Assembly (NCBI GenBank): GCA_951406725.2
Contig: OX597821.1
Location: forward strand, 75,144,001-75,208,000
From: Octopus vulgaris
Lineage: Eukaryota
DNA length: 64,000 bases
Direction: 5' to 3'
Made by a program: the position numbers and the translations under genes. The notes beneath the pieces are model-generated. The model worked only from the letters and a program-made list of their open reading frames with translations, searched no databases and had not been told where the DNA came from. Within the stretch, counting starts at the first letter, position 1. Each line of letters starts with the position of its first letter. Below, in pieces: positions 12,600 to 25,859 of the stretch.

Positions 12600-13300
12600 T
12601 GAGGGACTGTAAAAACTAAGCAGATGTCTATTTAAAGAGAAATATTCCAAACAGTCTCTCTCTCCCTCTTCTTTCTATGCACTTACCCCCAACGTATTTA
12701 ATCAACGTCTTAAACGAGACTAAACACAGATATAAATGCTTGGATAGATCAATCAACCATCTTTTGTATGTAACCTGCTGCTGATAAGCAGCTAGAACCA
12801 ATATTACAGATTATACGAAATGTTTGCGAAAAGAATTGATGTGAGATTCAGATTTTACAATGCCTAGCAAAAAAGTGATGGAGAGGGATTGCTAACGGTA
12901 AAATGGTGTTAGTTGAGAAACCAGTACTGGAATGTTTTATGAAAGACTTTACTAATACTTACATCGCAATGAATTAGAATATAATGTACGCAGACGAAAT
13001 GAAAATCTTTAGGATGTAATATTATTAAAGCATATACTTAAAACAGAGGAAAATATAAAAGTAAGACAATAGACAACGATACTCCAGCTGTCCCAGTAAT
13101 AAGATATAGCTATAATATTCTTAAATGGACGCTAATCAATTTGTAAAACTACATAGAAAAAATCAGATAATTGCATTTATAAGACATCACACAAAGTCTG
13201 ACGTACAAAACAATATTTATCCTGAATTAACGATGGTAGGATCTTTATGTTATATGGAAAGTACTATAAAATATGTACTGCTTAACAACAAAATATATAT
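12600..13300 (+). pseudogene. Highly decayed R4-like reverse transcriptase
   Basis: I*REIFQTVSLSPLL (cf. IKRGIFQGDSLSPLL), INHLLYV (cf. HLLYMDD) and PAVPVIRYSYNILKW occur in the expected order. Confidence 0.65.
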
Positions 13301-13828
13301 ATAAAGCAAAGCGCAAGAATTGAGTAGCTACAAAATACGATCAAAACAACAACAGAACGCGATTTCTGCCTTTAATGCAACCAAGAAATATAAAAGAGAG
13401 CCGAAAACTGGACACAGGGAGGGGAGGGGAAGAAAAAAAAACAGCAAAAATATTTGCAACAGAATAGCATGCTAAAACTATGACAAGAAATGCCTTTACA
13501 TGTCCACGGACCAGTTTCATAATGAAGAGAAATAAATAGTTTTCAAACATATATTTATTAGATCAGTGACTGTGTGCTATTTTGGAAACAATATATTTTC
13601 GAACGGGAAATACTGCTACTCTGTGTAGATAAAGTGCAATAATCCAGAAACCGGTCATAAGGACACGGATATTGTGTGGTATACCCAGTTGGAAACGATG
13701 TTTCCTGGAGTTAAACAACAGTAACACTCGTCCCTTCCAAGACAGCCACATTATGTTCGCAAATAGCCTTTACTTTAAAGAAGTGCTACTGAATATCTCT
13801 CTCTAAGAGAATTAGATATAATAATGTT

Positions 13829-13877
<49 letters not shown>

Positions 13878-13909
13878 ATATGTATATATATATATATATA
13901 CATATACAT

Positions 13910-14330
13910 TAAATAAAATGAGACAACAAAATCAAAGCAGTGTGGAATTTATTGGACATTTATAAAGAGAAATGTAGTCTTACAGCTGTTTCTGGGATAT
14001 TAGGGATATCCCTTCATCAGAGACGATGTGAAAGTGTTAAGTAGAAGGAAATAGTAGAGTTCAATATAAGGAGTTATTTTCGAAAAGGATGGATAGAGGT
14101 AGTATAAAGGGAAATAGGGAATAAAATTTAAAGTAAAAACATATGTAAGATGTTACAGTTCCAGTTCCATTATCCATATATATGTATTTCAGGTAATAAA
14201 ATACAGACATGAAGATTTTATTACAAAAGGAGTCTACGGAAAATTTTTGAGAATTGTTGACGTGACATGTGAAGCTCAGTTTGAGTGGATTTACTCAAGC
14301 ACATGTATTGAGAACTTTTCCTTTTTATAG
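13910..14330 (-). mobile_element. Penelope-like terminal-repeat fragment ending in (TA)n (second copy at ~50135-50245)
   Basis: Contains the hammerhead at 13977-14024. Shares GAGACAACAAA..TGTGGAATTT..GGACATTTATAAAGAGAAA..GTCTTACAGCTGTTTC with 50143-50217. Confidence 0.6.
13977..14024 (-). ncRNA. Minimal type I hammerhead ribozyme
   Basis: GTCT-CTGATGA-A-GGGATA tccctaa TATCCC-A-GAAAC-AGCT-GTA^-AGAC: 4-bp stem I, 6-bp stem II, palindromic ACAGCTGT stem III. Confidence 0.8.
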
Positions 14331-14367
14331 GTGAACATACATGTATGCATATGTATATATACATATA

Positions 14368-14774
14368 CTCTTTTACTCTTTTACTTGTTTCAGTCATTTG
14401 ACTGCGGCCATGTTGGAGCACCACCTTTAGTCGAGAAAATCGACCCCGGGACTTATTCTTTGTAAGCCCAGTACTTATTCTATCGGTCTCTTTTGCCGAA
14501 CTGCTAAGTGACGGTGACGTAAACACACCAGCATTGGTTGTCAAGCAATGCTAGGGGGACAAACATAGACACACAAACACACACACACACATACATATAT
14601 ATACATATATACGACAGGTTTCTTTCAGTTTCCGTCTACCAAATCCACTCACAAGGCATTGGTTGGCCCGGGGCTATAGCAGAAGACACTTGCCCAAGAT
14701 GCCACGCAGTGGGACTGAACCCGGAACCATGTGGTTGGTTAGCAAGCTACTTACCACACAGCCACTCCTGCGCC

Positions 14775-14775
<1 letters not shown>
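14368..14775 (-). mobile_element. SINE family B, full length with internal CA/TA microsatellite
   Basis: Head AGGCGCAGGAGTGGCTGTGTGGTAAG...GGGTTCAGTCCC, CORE-like CTTGGGCAAGTGTC, tail GCCGCAGTCAAATGACTGAAACAAGTAAAAGAGTAAAAGAG. Confidence 0.9.
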
Positions 14776-14826
<51 letters not shown>

Positions 14827-14833
14827 TGTATGC

Positions 14834-14884
<51 letters not shown>

Positions 14885-14891
<7 letters not shown>

Positions 14892-15103
14892 ATCACGTGA
14901 CCGACCAGTCCATCAGAAGAAAGAGTGGGAGAAAGAGTGGTGAAAGAGTACAGCAGGGATCACCCCCCCCCCCCCTGCTGGAGCATCGTGGAGCTTTTAG
15001 GTGTTTTCGCTCAATAAACACTCACAACGCCCGGTCTGTGAATCGAAACCGCGATCCTACGACCGCGAGTCCGCTGCCCTAACCACTGGGACATTGCGCC
15101 TCC
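14885..15103 (-). mobile_element. SINE family C head joined to a different, palindromic 3' end
   Basis: Head GGAGGCGCAATGTCCCAGTGGTTAGGGCAGCGGACTCGCGGTCGTAGG matches 31650-32032. Ends CTGATGGACTGGTCGGTCACGTGATCACGTGA before (TA)n. Confidence 0.8.
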
Positions 15104-15111
15104 ACACACAT

Positions 15112-15205
<94 letters not shown>

Positions 15206-15458
15206 GCGTTTGAGCGTGTGCCTATGCATCTGTGTCTGTACTGGTGCTTGGGTATGCGTGTATGCACGTTTATGTCTGTATTCATATATGTATGTATATG
15301 TATATAATGTGAGCACTTATATACGCGAATGCAAAAATACATATGCTTATTATATATTGACGCATATAACAGACCGCCATATGTGGAAATGTCTGTATCA
15401 CATATATTCATGATAATTGCATTACTAAGTGTCCATCGAAAAGACGAGAACAATGCAT

Positions 15459-15540
15459 TAATAATAATAATAGTAATAATAATGATAATAATAATAATAA
15501 TAAAAATAATAATAACAACAACAACAATAACAATAATAAC

Positions 15541-15589
<49 letters not shown>

Positions 15590-15590
15590 G

Positions 15591-15631
<41 letters not shown>

Positions 15632-15637
15632 ATAATG

Positions 15638-15696
<59 letters not shown>
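15459..15696. repeat. (TAA)n/(TGA)n microsatellite
   Basis: Direct inspection; explains the 264-aa poly-Ile ORF. Confidence 0.95.
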
Positions 15697-15697
<1 letters not shown>

Positions 15698-16374
15698 GTA
15701 AATTGTAGACTTACGTATTGATTAATCGATGACAAACAAATGTGAAGAAGCGATGCGTTAATAACAGAGTGATTCGATTTGGTTGGAGTAACTTCTTTTA
15801 GAAATGGTTTCGAGACAGATATTAGTTCCTGTACAGCCGTAGTAGTGCATATTTTTAGATGGGTAACTCGCACAGCAATGGACTAAAGTAGTTTCCCAAT
15901 ATGTTTCTGTCACTGGTTCGAATCCTGTCTTCGCCATTCTGGTATTTATACAGAAAAAGGGGGGCATTACACTTTAGTTTATTTAATTTTTATGAACCTG
16001 TGCAGAATAAGAAAAGCGACACATCTGTTCAATTCGCAAAATATATCAGGGGAATCCCCCGCACATTCTTAGCTCTGCGATCAAGACAAGCATTGGTCTT
16101 GAAGCAAGAACAATGCTCAATTGCTGCCAACTGCGAACATTCATTTACTTTAAGAAATGATTCTTTAATCTGGATTCTAGTATAAGAAATATTTCAATTT
16201 CACCAGTCTCTTTCGTAGTTACCTTATTCAGTATACATATGCATCTACATATGTACATAGGCGTGTATGTGCATTTATGTAATTTTCATATATATATATG
16301 TGTGTGTGTGTTTATATATGTATAAGTATGCATATATGCATATAAACGCATATACATACGCATATATGTATGTG

Positions 16375-16585
16375 TACTTGGTCTGACCAATAAGTATCAG
16401 GCGTATTGCTATAGTAACGGAGCTAAAGAATGCAGAGTGCAGTCGTTTGGCATAGATCGACCTTGAAATCTGCTGTGCATGTGCAATAAGTTTTAACGAT
16501 CTAGCTTATTTCCGCTATTTACAGCAGTGTTTGGAAGGAACGTGCGTAGCGTGTGATCGTTGCATTGACCGTAACAGAGAAAGTT
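16375..16585 (+). mobile_element. 5' end of a mariner-like element, cut by a SINE A insertion (16585-16790, minus strand)
   Basis: TA-CTTGGTCTGACCAATAAGTATC terminus resembles mariner TIRs; the sequence ends abruptly at SINE A tail-2. Confidence 0.45.
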
Positions 16586-17411
16586 CTTCTCTACTCTAGG
16601 TATAAGGTCTGAATTTTGGAGAGAGGGGCCAGTCGATTAGATAGATCCCAGTACGTAACTGGTACTTAATTTATCGACCTCGAAAGTCAACCTCGGCTGA
16701 ATTTAATCTCAGGACGTGCTAAAATTTCTTATTTCTTTATTACTTACAAGGACTAAACATAGAGGGGACAAACAAGGGGACAAACTTTTCAAAAAGATTT
16801 CATCGTTCTTGACACATTGAAGATCTTGTGCAAGTGTAATCTGAGATTGGCTTCCTGGGTCGACTGATGCGATAAAATTAAGATAGAGGGTAGGTTGAAA
16901 AAACCCTTGGAGTTTTTCACTATTTTCCTTATTTTGTCCCTGTTACTCCGCTGCGACAGTGCTAAATAATTTAGACTTTAAAACGTAGAAGAAGAGGATC
17001 ATTATTTGACCCAGTCGATGTCGGTGTGTTCTCAAATGTCAGCATTTATTGTAGTCAATCTCACGGATGGTTTTGCTGTGTTTTTAAATCCCTGATGAGT
17101 TTCATGTGAATTTCCTCTGTGTTTTGTCTGTTGATTGGTTTTAGAACAGAATTTCCCTCTGTCGATATTCTGTCGTGAACTATATGGCCTCATCATTTTA
17201 GTTGCGACTAAATCAATATGATGTTGAGATATAGGATGTTTGTACAACTGCCTTAAAATCTGAAACTCTCCCTTTTAATAGTGGTTTCAAATTTCAAATT
17301 TTGTCACCAGGCCAGCAATTTCGGTGCAGGGGTAAGTCGATTACATCAACCTTAGTGTTCAACTGATATATATATATATATATATATACATGCATGCATA
17401 CATATATATAT

Positions 17412-17448
<37 letters not shown>

Positions 17449-17515
17449 CAGACACACATACATACACACACACAAATATATATATTTATATATATACATC
17501 TTTTATTTCATCGTG

Positions 17516-17552
17516 TTCCTCTGTTGAAGAGCGTAGGCTCGAAACGTAAAAG
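17516..17552 (+). ncRNA. Variant minimal hammerhead (CUGUUGA core), weak stem I
   Basis: CTGTTGA-A-GAGC gtag GCTC-GAAAC-GTA-AAAG; the paralogue at 49266 has an intact stem I. Confidence 0.5.
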
Positions 17553-18045
17553 ACTTTCTCACCTTCCCGTGCGTCAAACTAGTACATTTTTTATTGTTTA
17601 TACATCTGTTTTCATCTTTAGTTTTCTGTACATTTCAGCTATATATATATATAAAACAATTTTAAAGTTATATCTGAATAAACTCCTTAAATCAATCGTT
17701 CACATATGCTTAATCCATACTCGAAAGCTGTGTAAATCCATTCCTGATTAGTTAACTCTTAGTTCATTTGGTGATAGACAAATCATTTTCAAATCTGTAT
17801 GATGTTTCTCTATTGCAAGTTAATCTGATAATTACTGAACAAAGTTACGTGACCTGAACTCTCATTGGCCACATCACATGTATACAGGAATAATTTGAAA
17901 TGTTCATGATCGAACCCCATAAACGGATGGAGGAAAGGCGAATGAACATGAGAATATTCGGCTCTAGCTCGGCATACATCAGCTTCAGTTTAATTAGACT
18001 CTATTGTTAATGTACACACACACATGCACACGCATATACACGCAC

Positions 18046-18076
<31 letters not shown>

Positions 18077-18115
18077 CATACATACACACAGACACACAGA
18101 CACACAGACACACAT

Positions 18116-18187
<72 letters not shown>

Positions 18188-18278
18188 CCGGCAGTCGTTA
18201 TAGAGTGATTAAATGTCTGAGAGTTTCGTATATTGATACCCACGAAAATCGGAGTCAGTCTGTAATTCTTGCCGATTA

Positions 18279-18339
<61 letters not shown>

Positions 18340-18345
18340 GTAATA

Positions 18346-18886
18346 AATGCCCTGATGCAGTAGTAGACAGTGGCTCTCATGGCTTCTGATCTTAACTCAT
18401 TGGAAGTGTTATGTGCATTGTTTTGTCTTGGTGTAAAAGATGGGCTACAGCAAATATTCTGCTCAATACCACAGATTTGCTTGTCAGTTGTTTGACCTTA
18501 AATAGTTGAGCATGTCCCTTAGTGGCTGACGATATGTGCATCCCTGATCACGAGCAGAAGTAGTCGGGAAACATTATAACCAGGTGCTGAGAGGAATTGT
18601 TTAGGGTTTGGATAATTCACCTTTGGAAATATGGGTGTTTCATACGACATCCTTACACAACACTTATTCAAGGATCTTTTGAGCGAGACGACCTCACTTC
18701 TAACTGGGCCCCACCTGCAAGGTCATGCGCTGTTTATCTTGATATGAGATCACCATGTCACACACATATAGTTGTGATGCATGTGCCTGGTGTACTCCTT
18801 TCAGACGGGTAATCGTGGTGAGCATACTGGGCTTTGTATATTTTATCCCAGTGTCACTTTGATGGTATGCACTGCTCTCTCACTCA
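18346..18886 (-). mobile_element. ~540-bp non-coding element inserted in (TAA)n, possibly a non-autonomous R4-like derivative
   Basis: (TAA)n on both sides (18279-18345 and 18886-18903). Minus-strand 18706-18754 resembles the HDV-like island at 35005. Confidence 0.55.
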
Positions 18887-19030
18887 ATAATAATAATAAT
18901 ATAAGTCCCAGCAAGGCTGCAGTCTAATGACTGAAACAAGTAAAAGAATAGAAAAAAGAATATGCATACACACACATATATATACATATGCACACACACA
19001 CATACATACATACATACATACATACATACA

Positions 19031-19064
<34 letters not shown>

Positions 19065-19288
19065 ATGCTCGAAATGAGGAGTAGATTGACAGCTGACAAC
19101 TGATGAAGGGTCGTTCTTTGTGCTACTTGTCCTGTTTTCCATTTTTTCTCTTGCTGCTTGCGTATTTGACTCGCTTGTTTTCGTATTTTATGTTGTTTAA
19201 AGTTGGTGACGTCTTGTACCTATATATGCCCATATATAAATATATATATAAATACATATATATACACACATATATATTATTTATATTG

Positions 19289-19340
<52 letters not shown>

Positions 19341-19436
19341 CATATATATATATATTTCGTCTTTGGATTTGGTTTGGAAGGCTCTTTATGCGAGTATTAA
19401 ATGATAAGGCACTAAAAGAGAATGGCTCTCCCCAGA

Positions 19437-19541
<105 letters not shown>

Positions 19542-20189
19542 ATGTGTGTGTATAATACCTATCGTAATACCGCTTTTAGTAGGAATAAGCTAGTAAAACG
19601 ATTAACCTACGCTTCAAACGCGAAAAGCTAAGAAAAAGACGTACAGCTGTATGGTGATTTATGAATGGTCATGGCTTTCGTGAAACACTTGATAAGGTCA
19701 GAGTTTCTGTGAGAAATTACTATGGAAGGTCAACGTAACCATGAGAATAGCCATAGCTTTTGCTGTCGATGAAATATTTGAAAGAAATCCTGTGGAAACA
19801 AAGGGTAGCTAAGTACGTGTTTTGTTGTGTAGCGGTTTGAATTACGCGTTCTACATCAGTTACCAATGTTATGATGAAGGAACTCTGATCTCAGACCAAA
19901 CGACCATGATCAGCGGAGCAAAAGATTATCATTCTTAGTTTAAGAAGCAATTAAAAAGAAAACTGAAAACAATAATAATAACAACAACAGTGATTAATAA
20001 CAGCAATCAGCTACAACGAAATACATACATACATACATACATACATACATACATACATACATACATACATACATACATACATACATACATACATAATACA
20101 TACATACATGCATATATACATGCCAAAATACTTTGTATATGTGTGTGTGTAAGCTTGTATGTATATGCATTTTTAATCTTTAGCTTTTA

Positions 20190-20551
20190 TTTTTCACTTA
20201 GACTGCGGCCATGCTGGAACACTGCCTTGAAATTTAGTCGACCAAATTTACCTTAGTACTTAATTATTTGAAACATGGTATTTATTTTATCGGTAAAATT
20301 TTACTCAACCGCTACGCTACGGGGACGTAAACATACCAATAGCGGTTGACACGCACGCACACACACACACACAAGCACACACATATACGACGGGCTCTTT
20401 TCAGTTTCTGTCTGACAGATGCACTGAAAAGGCTTTGGTGTGCCTCAGGCTATAGTAAGAGAAACCCTTTCAGGATGTCCCACAGTGAGACTGAACTTAG
20501 GACCATGTGGTTGGAAAGCAAATTTCTTACCACACAGCCATGTTGGCGCCT
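20190..20551 (-). mobile_element. SINE B, diverged
   Basis: Collinear with 14368-14775. Confidence 0.85.
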
Positions 20552-20583
20552 GTATAAATGTATCTATAAACACTTATTGGTGT

Positions 20584-21595
20584 AGGCGTAGCTGTGTGGT
20601 AAGGAGCTTGCTTCCCAACCACATGGTTCTAAGTTCAGTTCTACTGCGTGGCACCTTGGGCAAGTGTCTTTTGCTATAGCCTCGAGACGACGAAAGCCTT
20701 GTGAGTGGATTTGGTGGAGAGAAAAGTGAACGAAGCCGGTGTATGTATATATATATAGATATATATGTGTGTTTATGTGTGTGTGTGTGTATTTGTGTAT
20801 TGTGTCGGTATTTCTTATTTCTTTACTACCCACAAGGGGCTAAATATAGAGGGGACAAACAAGGACAGACAGAGGGATTAATTCGATTACATCGACCCCA
20901 GTGCGTAACTGGTATTTCACTTATCGACCCCGAAAGAATGAAAGGCAAAATCGACCTCAGTGGAATTTGAACTCAGAACGTATCTGCAGACGAAATACCC
21001 ATTTCTATTTCTTTACAACCCACAAGGGGCTAAACACAGAGGGGACAAACAAGGACATACAAACGGATTAAGTCAATTATATTGAACCCAGTGCGTAACT
21101 GGTACTTATTTAATCGATCCCGAAAGGATGAATGGCAAAGTCGACCTCGGCGGAATTTGAACTCAGAACGTAGCGGCAGACGAAATACCTATTTCTTTAC
21201 TACCCACAAGGGCCTAAACAGAGGGGACAAACAAGGATACACAAACGGATCGAGTCGATTACATCGACTCCATTGCGTAACTGATACTTATTTAATCGAC
21301 CCCGAAAAGATGAAATGAAAGTCGACCTCGGCGGAATTTGAACTTAGAACGTAGCGGCAGACGAAATAACGCTGAGCATTTCGTCCGGCGTGCTAAAGAT
21401 TGTGCCAGCTCGCCGCCTTACTGTGTGTGTATTTGTGCGATCTGTCTGTATTTGTTACCCCACCATTGCTTGACTTCTGATGTTGGTGTGTTTACGTACC
21501 GTAACACTAAAGGTTCGACAAGCGAGACCGATACGATAAGTGTTAGGATTACAAAGAAAAAAAAGAAGACCAAGGGTCAATTTCTTCGACTAAAA
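20584..21595 (+). mobile_element. SINE B split by a nested SINE A concatemer
   Basis: 5' half 20584-20740; 3' half (GGTGTGTTTACGT...GAGACCGATACGATAAGT) resumes after 21420. Confidence 0.75.
20805..21419 (-). mobile_element. SINE A trimer
   Basis: Head at 21419 followed by three core/tail-1 units. Confidence 0.9.
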
Positions 21596-22217
21596 GAACA
21601 AAATAAAAAAAAAACACGTCTGCATATGTAAGTGTCTGTTTCTACATATATCAGACATATTCACCCCCCCCCCCCCACAAAAACATACACACAAATACAC
21701 GAACATATCCACGCACACAGAGACACGTGTGTGTGTGTGTGTTGTCCTTGAAAGTAAATTTTCATCGGCTGATGGATAGTTGTTTGTACTTTTAGAGCCC
21801 ATTTCTTTTTAGCTGTCTGTGGGTGGTCAGTCGAGATCTTTTCAAATTCAGCCATTGTTATCATAGATTTCCTGTGGTAAAGAATAGGCAGTCGCTGTTG
21901 CTCGCTTTTTTCTTTTTATAACTTTTTTTTTTATCAGGCTTTTTTTTGTATTTTGTATTTTGTATTCTAAATTTTATATTACACAGTTTATTTGCACTGG
22001 ACTGATATTGTTGATGATGGTGATGTTGTAGTTGCTTTGATTTTGGTGAATGAACAACAGTAGAGATATAGGTTACGGCTTTATTTGCGAGTAGGATGTC
22101 AGCTCGAGTGATTTAACTACATATATACCTATACATACATACTTATATATATATATATGTGTGTGTGTGTCTGTATGTGTATATACACCTACATACACAC
22201 ACATATATGTGTGTGCG

Positions 22218-22249
<32 letters not shown>

Positions 22250-22328
22250 TAGATATAGATATATGTATATATATGTATATATACATATATATGTACTCAT
22301 ATATATATACTATACATATCTATGCAAG

Positions 22329-22384
<56 letters not shown>

Positions 22385-22399
22385 AATACATACATATGT

Positions 22400-22439
<40 letters not shown>

Positions 22440-22842
22440 GAAAGAAACAAAACAAAATAATAGATGTGTAGCATTAATAGCTGTAACAGTTTATGTCTGA
22501 CAGTAACAATAATAACAACGACAAGAACTAGTTCACCACGTAACATTAATATTTACACGCAAATTCATAAAATACTAGTTTTCCGATGTATTTTGAAACT
22601 GTAACCTTTTCTACTTTCTTCATAATTTTTATACAATTCAGAAACCAATGATCATATCTTTCTCCGATGCAATATTTTACATGTACATGCCATTTCTTGA
22701 GTATATCTGATGAAGTAGGCGTTGCTGTATGCATGTATGTATGAATATATTTCAATGTATGTATATATATATATATATATATGTGTATATAGCTGTGTGT
22801 ATTTCGGTGTATATATATATATATATATATCTGTGTGTATTC

Positions 22843-22907
<65 letters not shown>

Positions 22908-22918
22908 GTGTGTATTCG

Positions 22919-22964
<46 letters not shown>

Positions 22965-23919
22965 CAAAAATGAGACAAGAATGCCAAACATCCAGACAGA
23001 CGATACAAGGAAAACAAAGACGGATCATACGGAGTTTTCTATCCTCAGTCGAGTTCCAGATTATCTTTGCAATTTCGGCTGGTTATACTCGATATTGCTC
23101 CAATCTGGCCAGCCCCAAGGTCATTCATGATCGAAGGGGGTCTCCTGTTGCTGTACTCCATATTGCAGTTTCATGCTGGAATACCCGGATTTATAGACTG
23201 CATTCTTTGGTGGAATTTCTTCGGCAGAAACAAATCACGAAATAACATAGCACGACACGTGATGCACGGTACTGGTTTTTGTCTCTTGCCTTGAAAGGAC
23301 ACAACCAGTATGTTGTACTGTGTTATAATAATATTAGTTTAGTCTTTCTCTTCGTTATTGATGTCTGGTGGTTTTTAATACGTAACAAACAACAATTACA
23401 ACATTTGAAGTATTATGTAGTGGATTGTCTCTATTTAAGTTAGAACATACGATGTCGGCAGTGTTTGCCCTGTTATTTGGCTAGATATGTTTCCAGGGTA
23501 TTACAATGACATATTCGTAATGGAGTTTGAAAAATTCGTTTTGGTATCAATGTATAAAAAAATTATTGCTTAGCCCATGTAAACGAATATTTATTTTTCT
23601 ACTGGTGTAGTCTACTGACAAAACATATACATGATATTCTTTTCTATTGCTGAACCCAAAATAAACAAGTCAGTCATTCTGTAGTTATAGTTATTTCGTC
23701 TTCGTTTAGTTATCTATTGAATAATCTATGGTTCTGAATTAAGATATTTTTTCTAACAAAAGGTTGTGTAGAATAATTATCTTTTTAACATTGACCTGCT
23801 TCACGAACTTCATGTCTTTGTTAAAGTGTTTTTAGTTTGAGGAATGGAATTGTTTCACCATACATTTTATAAACTTCTTACGTATTTCCAACACAATAAA
23901 CACAAAACGATATAAAGAG

Positions 23920-24082
23920 AAGAAAACTGTAATAGCCAAAACAATGGACCGTGTCCTTTCCATTATGAGTGTATAAACAACCTTATTGTGTGCCAGACTA
24001 ATATAGCACAAAGGACAATATCATTATGACTTACATCAACTTAGCAGAAAGATCATTTAAGTACCGTCTATACCACACATGC
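23920..24082 (+). pseudogene. Penelope-like element linker and GIY-YIG endonuclease relic
   Basis: NCNSQNNGPCPFHYECINNLIVCQTNI, frameshift, then YINLAERSFKYRLYH; cf. PLE consensus CNC....CPL.G.C....VY..YIG.TE..FK.R...H. Confidence 0.7.
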
Positions 24083-24279
24083 GGACATTCAAATACCGGC
24101 TCATTAGTTCATGGGTTCGATTCCCGGACCAGGCGCCGCTTTGTGTTCTTGAGTAAAACACTTCATTTCACGTTCCTCTGTAGATGGTAGAGGGGCAGAA
24201 TAGTTGGCACTTCATCAAAAATGCTTTATGGTATACCTTACGACTCTCTACATTGTGAGTTCAAATCCCACCTGCCTGG

Positions 24280-24470
24280 AGAAGACAACGGGACATTACT
24301 CCCGTATCGTCCTCGGTGTATTAATGATAACCAAATTTCCAGTAATCTACATAATAGCGGCAAGAGAGGATACGGGCCCTCCCCGTTATATAGAGAGTGT
24401 TCCAAAGGTTCACATGCGCAGGACATGCCCAAGGGCAGACCAACACCATACTAGACCCATCTCCGCTTCT
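24280..24470 (+). pseudogene. Possible very old RTE LINE fragment
   Basis: YSRIVLGVL... and RFTCAGHAQ loosely resemble YTRLLR..L and RL.FAGH. Confidence 0.3.
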
Positions 24471-25010
24471 AAACACTGCAGTACAAGAAACGCTTAAGTA
24501 AAAGCGTAAAAGTCATTCACAAATAAAAGAAATATAAGACTCTATTCAATACGTTAAAGAGTAAACTTAGATAAAGTACACGTAGGCTCATGCGTAAAAA
24601 GCAAAATACATGACGCGTCAATACTTGGTTAAAACGTCATAGTGTCTGTCTTCTACGTACATATGTAGATTAATCACACAATGCACATGTACTCCATATA
24701 ATTTTCACCTGTGTCGAATATGCAATGACTAGCAAAATAATTATTAATTTTTCACTGTGATTAGATAGTTTAAAGAAACACACATTCATGTGGCCGGGTA
24801 ATCAATTTAGCAATAAATACTTTCATGTTTTGTATGCCTTTTATTAAGTTATTATGCCGGAAACCTCGATTTTATGGTACAATTTAGCCATAGTACGTAT
24901 CTTAAGATACATCGCCGAAATAATAATACATATAAACAAATACGTGTATGCAGTATATGTGCATATTCGTATATGTGCATATTCTACGTACGTATGTATA
25001 TATATATATA

Positions 25011-25065
<55 letters not shown>

Positions 25066-25112
25066 GTGTATATATATATATGTATATATAAATATGTATG
25101 TATGTATGTATA

Positions 25113-25238
25113 CCAACCACATGGTTCTGGGTTCAGTCCCACTGCGTGGCATCTTGGGCAATTGTCTTTTACTGTAGCCTAGGGCCAACCAAAGGCTTGT
25201 GAGTGCATTTGGTAGACGGAAAGTGAAAGAAGTCCGTC

Positions 25239-25275
<37 letters not shown>

Positions 25276-25505
25276 TGTATGTATGTATGTATGTATGTGT
25301 GAGTGAGTGCTTGTGTGTCTGTGTCTGTCCCCACAACATCGTCTGACAGCCGATGCTGGTGCGTTTACTTTCCCGTAACTTAGTGGTTCGGCAACAGAGG
25401 CCGATAGAATAAGTACTAGGCTAACAAGGAATAAGTCCTGGGGCCGATTTGCTCGATTGAAGGCGGTGCTCAAGCATGGCCGCGGTCAAATGACTGAAAC
25501 GAATG
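25113..25505 (+). mobile_element. SINE B, 5' end lost
   Basis: CCAACCACATGGTTCTGGGTTCAGTCCCACTGCG...CATGGCCGCGGTCAAATGACTGAAAC. Confidence 0.9.
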
Positions 25506-25859
25506 AAAAATATATATACATATATATATACACACACACACACATGTATATATATATATATATATATATACATACATACATACATATACATATACATGCA
25601 TGTACGTACATACACATATATATGAACATACATATACACACACACACATATATATACATATAATCAATTTCATGTTATATACATTTCTTTGTTGTATATA
25701 TTACATGCGTGTGTGTGTGTGTGTATGTGTAACATTGTATAGATAAAGAAATACAGACATGCCTATACGTATTTAAGTTGGCATATGTACATTTGTATAT
25801 ATTGATATATTTATTCGTACATCTCTCGCTCATTAAGAATCACGGAATTTAATGTAAAG

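Noticed and set aside
13645-13665. GAAACCGGTC hammerhead 3' half
   Set aside because: No CUGANGA or stem I partner upstream.
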